Position numbers and translations under genes: made by a program
Shown: piece after piece, positions 53,444-63,100 of the stretch
Position numbering within the stretch: position 1 is the stretch's first letter
Layout: the number at the start of each line of letters is the position of its first letter
The notes under the pieces: model-generated
Seen by the model: the letters and a program-made list of their open reading frames with translations, nothing else
What the model was told of the DNA's origin: nothing
Databases searched by the model: none
Assembly (NCBI GenBank): GCA_002309855.1
Contig: DBYD01000029.1
Span: 10,521 to 74,520, forward strand
From: Bacteroidales bacterium UBA1195
Lineage (GTDB): Bacteria > Bacteroidota > Bacteroidia > Bacteroidales > WCHB1-69
Direction: 5' to 3'
DNA: 64,000 nt

Positions 53444-56400
53444 TTATCGCGTGATATTCATTTTGCGCGTGATGCGTTGTCCGCGGTATTCCATTGTGTA
53501 ATAATAGACACCGGCGGCCCAGTCGGAGGCATCGACCTCGATGCGGTTGCTGCCCGCTTCGGCCTCGCTCTCCTGACGGAATATCACCTGCCCATTGGCT
53601 GCCATGATGCTGATGCGCACCTGGCCTGCCTGCGGCAGGCGGAACGGGATTACTGCTCCATCGCCCGCCGGGTTCGGAATGTTCTGTCCGAGGCTCCAGT
53701 CAAGACGCTCCGCGTCGCGGATGCCGACGCTGTCGCGATAGCAGCTGAACTGTTTGGCGAGTGTGTCGTTGCTGCGGATTGTGTCGCCCGTAAAGGCCTC
53801 GACGAATGCCTTCAATGTGTATTTGCCGGTATAGTTGGGCACCTTGTAGTTCATGATGAACTGGTGGTTCTTTGTCTCGTTGACGGCCATGTGGCTGATA
53901 TTCTCGCTGATGCTCTCCAGCACCTGCCCGCTGTTGTCAACCACATCCACATGCACAATCACGTTTTCCGCCTCCATGTTGCCGATATTGGCCACGCGCA
54001 CGGTGGGCGAGAGCTTGGTCTTGCCAAGAGCCTTTTCGGTTGTGGTTATCTCCAGCACCTGGATGTCGATGGAGTCCGGAATCTCAACCTGCCCCACTAT
54101 GTTGATAGCGTCGTTGTTCTCATCTGCATCGCATCCCAGCTCCGTCTTCAGCTCGAAGAAGTAGTAGGGCTGGTCCTTGCTTACGGCCGGCACGGTGAAG
54201 GCCCTGCTCATCGGGTGTATGATTGTGTCGCCAGGGTAGAGCCATTTGTTAACGGTGTCGGCAACCACCTCGCTGCCGTCAATGCCCATGTGGAAAATCA
54301 CCTTGTCCACGGGGATGTTGCCGTTGTTGTGGGCAATCGCTGTCACATTGACGCTCTCACCGGAGAGTTTGAACATTTTGTCATCTAATCCGATTACACT
54401 GTCAATGGCGATGTCCTGCATTATAATCAGGCTGGAGTCGCGGATGGTGTCGTTGGTGGTGTTGTCGTCAATGGCCTGCATACAGGCCTCGAAATAGTAT
54501 GCGCCGTTTGCGGAGAGGTCGAGCTGTCCGGTGATGAGCAGCGTGTCGCTCTCGAATCCGCCGAGTGTCTTGTTGTAAATATATGAGAACTGCTGGTTGC
54601 TGATTCCTGTTACACTTACCTGTATTGTGTCATTGGAAACAGATACGGAGGTGCGGTTCAGGTTCTCCACAATTGCCTTCAGGGGCTGTCCCTGCAGGTG
54701 GCAGGCGGAGAGCTGGTCGGTCTCGGGTAGGAGCAGACGCAGCGCAATATCCTTGTCGGCGGTGATGCGTATGCGGTCGATGTACTGGTTGCAGCCGCCG
54801 AAACTCATGCCCTGCAGTGCGATGCAGATGCAGTTGTCGTTGGCGAACTTGCTGAGGTCGAATTCATATTTTTTCCAGTATACGCCGGTGTCTGAGGCGA
54901 ACACCTTGCCCAGCTCAGTGAAGGTCGCACCCTCGTCGTTCGTGACCTGAACGCTGAGGAAGTCGCGGACCGCCTCGTCGGTGTGGGCGTACCAGAAGGT
55001 CAGTTTCGGGTTGGAGGTCTGGTAGATGTTTACCGAATTGAACACGGCGTTGGCCACGCTTCCCGGTTTGCCCATGCCGTTGAACACCAGGTAACCGGTG
55101 CCGAATGCGGGTGCGATGACGGTGTCTTTAGGCTGTACGCCCCATTCGGCGGAGCCGGACTGTTTCATGCTGACAAACTCAGTCGGGGCGGTGGAGAAGT
55201 CCACATCGTAGGGGAGGTTCACATGGCTCACATTGTAGTCCAGCGAAATTGTGTCGTTGCCAGGATGGTGGTCGGCGGTGTCGTTGAGCATGATGTTCAG
55301 ATGGTAGATGCCGCTGGCCATGGTGGGTATCCTGCCGAGACTGATTGTGTCGGTCAGAGCGGATGCCAGTTGCCCGGTCGCAATCACGGTGTCCATGCGG
55401 AAGTTGCCTGCGCCGGAGACCATCAGGGTGATGCGCAGCGGCGACTGGCTGAAGTCGGCGACGACCCGTCCGAGGTTCTGGACGCTGAACGCCACATCGG
55501 CGAAATCACCGTAGCATTTTATCTCATCCGCATCCATCGGCTGTATGAACTTTTTGAGGGAGAGGTCAAGGTCGTCGGACATTTCAAGGCTGTAGCAGCC
55601 GACGGAGGCGATTGGGCCGCGCGGCGTGTTGAGGATGTCGTATGCAGCCTCGGCCATGCGCGGGCAGGGGTATGCGCTGTAGTCGGCCAGCTCAAGGCTT
55701 TGGCTTATGTTGACGAAGCCCGGCGCACTGTTGTAGGAGTTGGAATCCTGTGTGGTGGCCGTCTGCCAGTCAGCAAGTGTGACCTTTGCCGCACCTGCGT
55801 ACCCGACGTTGGTGGCGGTGTCGACCGTGTTGCAGCCGTAGTAGAGGTTATGGTCGAAAATCATGTAGCTCGGATTCACGTATGTGGCGCTGGATACATA
55901 TACCGGATAGGCGGTTGACCCCTTGGCCATGGCAATGTTGTTCTGGAAGCTGATTTTGTAGGAGGTGCTGGTGGTGTAGAGGTAGGCCGCGTAGGCCGCG
56001 CTGGTGGATGATTCGGACCGGATGCTGTTGTTGAAGATATTCCAGTTCTGGTAGGGGTAGTACATGTAGATTCCGTAGGCCGCGCCGCTGTTGGAGACCA
56101 TTATCTCGTTGTTTGTGATGTTGCCCTTCTTTCCGCCGTAGGTGCCGTAGTTGGAATAATAGTACATGTAGATTCCGTAGCCGGAAGTGGCGCTGGCATG
56201 TATGCGGTTGGCGTCCAGAGTGTCAATCGTATTGTAGTAGTACAGGTACATGCCGTAGAAGGTGCCGCTGCCAGTGCGGTTGGTGATGCTGTTGCGCGAA
56301 ATGCTGGTGTAGTGGCTGTAATAATAGCTGTATATTCCGTACTGGTATGCGTCGGTCATGGTGTTGCCGGTTATGGTGACGGAGGCGTTCGGCATGTTGG

Positions 56401-58811
56401 TGGTGCTTCCGGCCATGTAGTACATGTGTATGTTGGCCACGCCGCCCCGTATGTTGTTGTTGACAAACCGTACATTGACAGGATAATTGGTGCTGCCGCT
56501 GGCGTTGTGGAAGTATACTGACATTGACGTGGATGTGGCGGTTGTGGAGGCGTTGATGCCGCACTCCTGGAAAAGGATGTTGCTGTTGGCACCCTCCATC
56601 AGAACGCCGTATAGCCCGTTGGAGGTGTTGCCGAAGTTCACCCCCCTTGAAAATCCAGTTGGATGTGTTCTGCAGGGTGACGCCTGCCGCCGCGCCTCCG
56701 CCGTCAAAGGTGACCTTGGCCCCGCTCTGCGGCATCACGGTGATGGTGTTGGTGGTGTCCGCTCCGGGGATTTCGCCGATAATTCTGATTCCGCTGTAAT
56801 TTCCAGCCGCAACAAGCAGCCGCACCGGAGCCTTCACGCCGCATTGTGTCAGAACGTGTATGACCTCGTTCATGTCCTGGAAATCCTGGTTCGGCCCTAT
56901 CTTGTAGTCGCCGGAAAGTATCTCCTTGCAGATGTATTTCTCCATGGTGAGGGTGTCGTTGCCCTTGAAGCCGTCCTTGCCGCTGTTCGGGTCGGTCACC
57001 CATGCCTTGATGCGGTAGGTGGAGCCAAGCACGGTCTTGAAGGTGCCAACCTTCACGCTGTCTTTTTCACCTAATGCCAGTTTGCCTTTCCAGGGGAACT
57101 TCTGCAGTGTGCCGTCATCCCACATGATGGTGGCCGAGTAGAGGGTGTCCATTCCGGCGTTCATGATGGTGAGGTAGAGGTCGCTGGTGCCGCTGGTGCT
57201 GGCTGTGAAGTCGGTTTTGCCGAAATCGGTCAGTGCGGCGTCCAGCGCGGCGACGGTGTATGCGCCCATTGTGGTGATTTTTCCGCGTGCGATGCCCTGA
57301 TAGTCATCTGTCACACCGGGGTTGGGGACGATTGTGAAGGCTTTGTAGTTGACAAGGTTAAGACCCTCTGTCGGGTCGGCGAAGCCGGGGTTGGTCGAAA
57401 TGCTGCCCTTGTCGTTGATGAGGGTGAGCAGGTTGGCCAACGAGGTGACTGCGGTGCCGCTCTGGTAGGCGTAGTTGGTTCCGCCGTTCATGAAATAGAA
57501 GTTGTTGTATTCGGAAACAATTTTTCCTGCAGAGACAGTGGCCGCTGAAATGTTCATCACATGCTGGTTCTTGTCATCGTATGCTATCAGTTGGTTGCCG
57601 ACCAGATGCAGGTCGCAGGTGTCGCCGATACCAAGGACGTAAACTGTCTTGTTGTTGTTGCTGTTTGTCGGGGCGGAGGAGGTGCGCGCATTATAGACGC
57701 TGTTGAAATAGACATCGGCCTGCACCTTGGAAAGTGAGAGCACGCTGATGGATCCGGAGTTGTTCTTTACGTAGGAACTGTTGTCGTAGCTGAGTATGAC
57801 GTTGTTGGCAATCAGGATGCGCCCCGATTTGTTGGTGCCAGTCCTCTTGTTGACCACGCCGGAGACATTGATGCCCGCTCCGCCGTAGGTCGCGCCCTGG
57901 TTCATGAACGACACGAAGTTGCCGTAGACGCTGTCGCCCGTGATGGCCGAGAGCTGGATGCCTGGCGACCATGTGGAGGAGGTCTTATCCTTCACCATCA
58001 CATGGTTACGGTTGCAGGTCACACTGTCCGCCCTGTATATCATGATGCCGGCGGCGGTGTTGTCGAAGATGGTGTTGTCGTTGAAGACCAGCCCCTGCAT
58101 ACGGTGGGTTGTTGCCATGGGTATGACGTTGCGGCAGCCGTTGTCAATGTTGTTGCCGATAAAGCGGAGCCATTTCACGGTGGTGTCCACTCCATTGCCT
58201 CCGTTATTGTTGTCCTTCACCGAGGTGGAGCTTACAGGGTTGGTGGAGAGGGTCTGCATGCTTCCGCTTGTGGCGAAGGCTGTGCCGCTTGTACGTTTGA
58301 TGTTGCAGCGGTAGAAGGTCACATCCTCCATCGGGCCGTTTATGCAGATTGTGTGGCCGTTGGAGGTGCTGCTGTTATGGATGTTCAGATGGCTGAATGT
58401 GACGTGCTTGGTGTTGTTCACCAGGATGAATCCGATAAGTGCCGCGGAGGTGTTGTAGCTGAATGTCACGCTGTCGCGGTCTTTCGCCACCGATGTTATG
58501 GTCAGGTGGTCCTTGGATGTGAATTTTGCAGTATTTACATTCAGTGCCTTTGTGAATGTATAGGTGCCTGTTTCAAAGGCGATTGTGATTTGTCCTGTCA
58601 TTTTTCCGGCTGCAATTTCCGTCAGCAGCGAGTCGAATGAGGAGAAGGGCAGGTCAGCCTTGTTGGAACTGCCGATAATGATGGTCTTTTGCGCCCATGC
58701 CCCCGCCAAAGGGAGGAACAGGGAGAGCAAAACGATGGACAATCTTTTTGAAAAAATAGATAATGACCTCATAATAAATAAATTAATAATTTTTTTACTG
58801 TGAATATTCAT
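53444..58811 (-). pseudogene. Giant T9SS cargo gene, paralog D, interrupted by a +1 frameshift (it would encode about 1788 aa if one G were removed)
   Basis: Track ORFs 56223..58811 and 53444..56707 overlap. Homology to paralog C switches frame exactly at the G6 run: ...TLQNTSNWIFKG | VNFGNTSNGLYGVL... The total span of 5368 nt is 1 mod 3. The likely true start is MRSLSIF at 58772. Confidence 0.8.
56651..56656 (-). other. G6 homopolymer tract (C6 on the plus strand) at the frameshift site in paralog D
   Basis: The minus strand reads TTC AAG GGG GGT GAA (out of frame). With G5 it would read TTC AAG GGG GTG AAC TTC GGC, i.e. FKGVNFG, matching paralog C (FRGLNFG). Confidence 0.85.
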
Positions 58812-58815
58812 GTTG

Positions 58816-58823
58816 CAAATTTA
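58816..58823 (-). promoter_or_regulatory. Candidate -7 promoter box (TAAATTTG on the minus strand) of paralog D
   Basis: TAnnTTTG match upstream of the D start codons (58811 / 58772). Confidence 0.4.
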
Positions 58824-58977
58824 CAAAAAAAATTAAATGCTTTTTCCTTTGGTTCAGAAATACAGGACATTTTTTTTTACCCACATTCCGCAATCCGTAT
58901 TGCAAAATGTTGTATTTTTGCAAATCCGTTTTTACGGAAACGTTCATTCATTTTTTCACAACCCTAAAATAAAAAAA

Positions 58978-60027
58978 ATGGAATCAACTGAAAGAAACAA
59001 AAGAAAAAAGAATTCCAAAAATGAAGAAAAAAACAAGAAAAGGATGTATCTGAACCCCAAAGCCGACCTGACCTTCAAGAAAGTGTTCGGAGAACACAAG
59101 CATTTGATGATCAGTTTTCTGAATGCACTGCTCCCTCTCTCGGAGAAGGAACAGATTAGCAGTATTGAATACCTGACGCCGGAACTGATTCCGCAGACAC
59201 CGTTGCGCAAGTACAGCATAGTTGATGTGCGCTGCAAGGATGCGCAGGGCCGCCAGTTTTTGGTGGAGATGCAGATACACTGGGCTCCGGAATTCAAGAC
59301 CCGGGTTTTCTTCAATGCGGCAAAGGCCTACGTCCGTCAAGCCGACATGGGGGACAACTACCAGCTATTCCAGCCGGTCTGGTCCCTCAATCTGGTCAAT
59401 GAGGTGTTTGAACCGGACACACCGGACTATTATCATCATTACAAGGTGGTTAACATCAAGGATACGGACAAGGTGATAGAAGGCTTGCAGCTGGTGTTCG
59501 TGGAGTTGCCGAAATTCAAGCCGGGCGACAGCCATGTCAAGAAGATGCAGGAATTATGGCTGCGATTCATGACGGAGATTAACGAATCCACGCAGCGCGT
59601 CCCTGAGGAACTGACTTCAAATGCCGATGTTAAGGAGGCAATCATCCAGTTGCGGGAATCCGCCTTCAATGACGACGAACTTGCTGCATACGATTACTTT
59701 TGGGACGCAGTGAGACTGGAAAACGCCTTCGGAAAAAATGCCGAGGAAAGAGGCCTTGCAAAAGGTCTTGCAAAAGGCCATGCAGAAGGCCACGCAGAAG
59801 GTCTCGCAGAAGGTCTCGCGGAAGGCCGTGCAAAAGGTCTCGCGGAAGGCCGTGCGGAAGGCCGTGCGGAAGGTCTCGCGGAAGGCCGTGCAGAAGGTCT
59901 TGCGGAAGGAGAAAAAGCAGGGTTGGAGAAAGGTATCGAACAAACAAAACTGGAAATCATGAAAAGACTGAATGCGCTGGGACTGCCCGAAGATTTGATC
60001 AATAAGGCCATCGGCAACCGTATGTAG
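58978..60027 (+). CDS. Rpn-family recombination-promoting nuclease / PD-(D/E)XK putative transposase with a C-terminal (E/K)G(L/R/H)A repeat tail
   Basis: N-terminus YLNPKADLTFKKVFGEHKHLMISFLNALL. Nuclease core IVDVRCKDAQGRQFLVEMQ. The start is uncertain (ATG 58978 or 59044). The track start at 58837 is rejected. Confidence 0.85.
   Translation: MESTERNKRKKNSKNEEKNKKRMYLNPKADLTFKKVFGEHKHLMISFLNALLPLSEKEQISSIEYLTPELIPQTPLRKYSIVDVRCKDAQGRQFLVEMQIHWAPEFKTRVFFNAAKAYVRQADMGDNYQLFQPVWSLNLVNEVFEPDTPDYYHHYKVVNIKDTDKVIEGLQLVFVELPKFKPGDSHVKKMQELWLRFMTEINESTQRVPEELTSNADVKEAIIQLRESAFNDDELAAYDYFWDAVRLENAFGKNAEERGLAKGLAKGHAEGHAEGLAEGLAEGRAKGLAEGRAEGRAEGLAEGRAEGLAEGEKAGLEKGIEQTKLEIMKRLNALGLPEDLINKAIGNRM
59749..59908 (+). 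repeat. 12-nt periodic in-frame tandem repeat (about 13 units, GAAGG(Y)C(K)YGC(R)) encoding (A)(E/K)G(L/R/H)
   Basis: Read directly from the sequence. It translates to GLAKGLAKGHAEGHAEGLAEGLAEGRAKGLAEGRAEGRAEGLAEGRAEGLAEG. Confidence 0.85.
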
Positions 60028-60054
60028 AGACGTGGTGCGCTACGTCCCTATACA
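60023..60054. repeat. Imperfect REP-like hairpin TGTAGAGACGT...ACGTCCCTATACA overlapping the Rpn stop codon
   Basis: The same GTAGAGACG arm as the other copies. There is one mismatch in the stem. Confidence 0.5.
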
Positions 60055-60083
60055 AAAACGTATTACTGTTTTCCAAACGCCAA

Positions 60084-60120
60084 AAAAATGACCCACCGGA
60101 AATTCCGATGGGTCATTTTT
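60084..60120. terminator. Bidirectional hairpin terminator between Rpn (+) and paralog E (-)
   Basis: AAAAATGACCCACCGGA-AAT-TCCGATGGGTCATTTTT, with an A-run 5' and a T-run 3'. Confidence 0.65.
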
Positions 60121-60126
60121 AATAAC

Positions 60127-60154
60127 GTATAGACGGTGCATGCACCGTCTATAC
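60127..60154. repeat. Perfect 28-nt REP-like palindrome GTATAGACGGTGCA|TGCACCGTCTATAC
   Basis: Read directly from the sequence. It is a variant (GTATAGACG) of the GTAGAGACG family. Confidence 0.8.
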
Positions 60155-60166
60155 AAATTGTGATTA

Positions 60167-63100
60167 TTAACGGATATTCATTTTGCGTGTGATCCGTTGT
60201 CCGCAGTATTCCATGGTGTAATAATAGATACCTGCTGCCCAGTCGGCGGTGTTCAGTTCAAGGCTGTTGGCTCCGGCCTCACCCTGAATCTCCTGACGGT
60301 GGACAATCTGTCCGTTGGCGGTCATCACGCTGATGCGCACCTGGCCGGACTGCGGCAGGGTGAACGGTATGGCGGTCACCTCCGTGGCAGGGTTCGGGAT
60401 GTTCTGTCCCAGGCTCCAGACAAGCTCTTTCACATTGTGTATGCCAACCTTTTCAACACAGTCGAATGCTTTTTGCAAAGTGTCGTTGCTGCGCAAAGGA
60501 TCTTCAGCCACAGCCCCAACATATGCCTTGAGGATGTATTTGCCATCGTAGTTGGGCACTGTGTAGGTTTGGGTGAACTGCACGTTCCGGTTTTCACCGG
60601 CGGTCAGTCCGCTCACGGTCTCGCTGATTGTTTCAATCACCTGGTTGTTCCTGTCAATTACAGCCAAATACAGTTTGACTTGGGCAGCGGTGCAATTGCC
60701 TTTGTTGGTAATGCTTACCTTCGGCGAAATCTTGGTGTTGCCATCAGCAGGTGAGGTGGTTGTGATGTCCAGCACCTGTATGTCGGTGGTGTCGGGAACC
60801 TCAACCAGTCCGTTCACTCGCATGGTGTCGTTTGTATGGTCTGCATCGCAGCCGGAGGTGGCGGTTACTTCAACCGTGAAATTGGGATTGGTCTTGCTGG
60901 CAAAAGGCGCAGCAAAGCGCAGCACGTGGGTGTCGGAGTCACCGGGATTCAAAACGGCTGTAACAGTATCTTTGAGCACAACGGTTCCGTTTACTTTCAA
61001 CTGCGTGTAGTAGCGGCTCATCTGCATGGTACCGTTATTGGTGACGGTGGCATTGACAGCAAGAGCCGTGCCGGAGGTGTATGCGGTCGAACTGTTCAGG
61101 CCGGTGAGGCTGTTCAAACTGAGATCTCTCATAATCTGTAAGGAGGTGCGGATGGTATCGTTGGCGGCCACATCGTCCTGAGATTGCATCGAGAGTTGCA
61201 GATTATAGGCTCCATCAGCAGAAGGCACAAAGCTTCCGATGGTGATGGTGTCGCTTGCCTCGCCTGCCAGTACCTTATTATAAATATAGATGGCCTGCTG
61301 GTTGACAGCTCCGCCCACTTGCAGATGCAAAGTGTCTTTTGTCAGTGTCAGAGGCTGTTTGGTCTGGTTCGTAATAATAGCTTTGACAGCGACAGGATTG
61401 TTGCTGCAGGCATCGTATTTGGAAATGTCGACTGGCAGCATCGAGATGGCTGCATCCTGCAGGGCTGAGAGCCTGATGCGGTCGATCTGCTGGGCGATAC
61501 CGCCGGTGATGCCTTCAAATACAATGGAGAGGCACGGAGCGGTTGCAAACTTGCTCAGGTCATAACTGTATTCCTTCCAGCCTGCAGTGTTGCCTGCGGC
61601 GGCCAGCCTGCACAGAACAGTGAATGTCGCGCCACCGTCCGTGGAGACTTTAACAATCAGGGAGTCTCCCTGGTTCTTGCCGTTGGTGTGAGCATACCAG
61701 AATGTCAGTTTTGGCTGGGTGTAGCCGTCTATGTGGATGCCGTTGAAGGTGGCGTGGGCCACACTGCCCTTGTTGCTTCCGCTGCCAAGCATCATGATGC
61801 CTTTTCCGTAGACAGGGGCAGGGTTGCCGTTGCCGAACATGGTCCATTGGGCGTCGCCGCTGACAGTGCGGGTCACCATCTCTTTCGGTGCGGAGGTGAA
61901 GTCAACGTCATAGGGCAGTCCTATACGGTAAACCTTATAGGTGATGTTGGACTCGTTGTCGCTTGTGGTGTCGTCGGCCTTGCACTGCAGGGTCAGTTTT
62001 ACATTGTAAACACCGTCGGTGGTTGTCTGGAAGCTGCCCAGCGTGATGATTTCGCTGGATGTTCCCTTAAGACCGCCCTTCTGGAATGTGGTGTCGAAGT
62101 GTAATGTGGCCGCTCCGCTGATGTCAACGCTGATCTTCAGGTTGGCGGTGTCATAGCTGACCGATTTCATGCCACTGTTCTCCAACTCAATCGTAACAGG
62201 GACGCTGCTGCTGTAGCATACTGCGTCGTTTACAGCCTTGGGCGAAATCACCTCCTTGAATTTGAGGTTGGCCAGTTCATACATGTCGATGGAGTAGCAG
62301 CCCATCGGGGTCAGCTTGATCCTTGCCTTGTTGTTGATGTCCTTGCCGACCATTGTCAGGATGGCTGGGGAGCGGAACTGGAAGTAGCTGGTGAGCTGCA
62401 GGTCTTTTGTAAGGTTGGTGTAGGCTGGCAGTGTCTGCTGGCTGTTGGCATCCTGCATGGTCAATGACTGCAGTTGGGCGATGGTTGTTATCGCACTGCC
62501 GATATAGGCCACATTGCTCTTGGAATAGAGGTTGTTCCATTCCCTCACCCCGTAGGTGGCGCCTGCGCAGGAGGCGGTGCCGATTACGAGCGGGTAGCAG
62601 ATGGAGGCATCCGCGTAGATCAGATTGCGCGAGACGTTGACTTTGCACTTGCTGTTGGAATTGTACAGCTCCATTCCGTTGGCGTTGGCACCCTTGGAGT
62701 TGGCCTGCACGTAGATGCTGTTGTGGTGGATTTCCCAGTTGCCGTTGGGCTCGTTCTGGTAGATTCCGCACTGGGTGCTGCCGTTTCCGATAATCTTTAC
62801 TTCATTGTTGGTCATGTAGGCGGTGCGCTTTGTATAGTTGGCATCCTGGTTGCCCTTGATGAGGTAGAATCCGTAGGCTGCGCCGTCGTTGCTGATATGG
62901 ATACGGTTCTGTTCTATCTTGTCCCATACCGCGTAGTTTTCAGAATGAACGGCGGTGTAGTCCTTGCAGACGGAACGGTTGGTGATGGTGTTTCCGCACA
63001 GCTTTTTGATTGCGCCCAAGCCTTCGCTGTAAATGCCATAGGCGAAAGCCTTGCAGAGCGTGCTGGTCTCGATGTTGATGGAGGCCTTGTCCATCTGTGA

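Noticed and set aside
56223-56707. A genuine overlapping gene pair formed by the 3' end of ORF 56223..58811 and the 5' end of ORF 53444..56707.
   Set aside because: The overlapping tails (GGELRQHLQRAIRR... and MTAEARRQASPCRTHPTGFSR) are out-of-frame translations of sequence that encodes conserved paralog residues in the other frame. A single frameshift at the G6 tract explains both.
58837-58977. An upstream extension of the Rpn ORF (MLFPLVQKYRTFFF...).
   Set aside because: It would overlap the divergent promoter of paralog D. Family members start close to the (Y)(L/I)NP..D..FK motif, so 58978 or 59044 is preferred.
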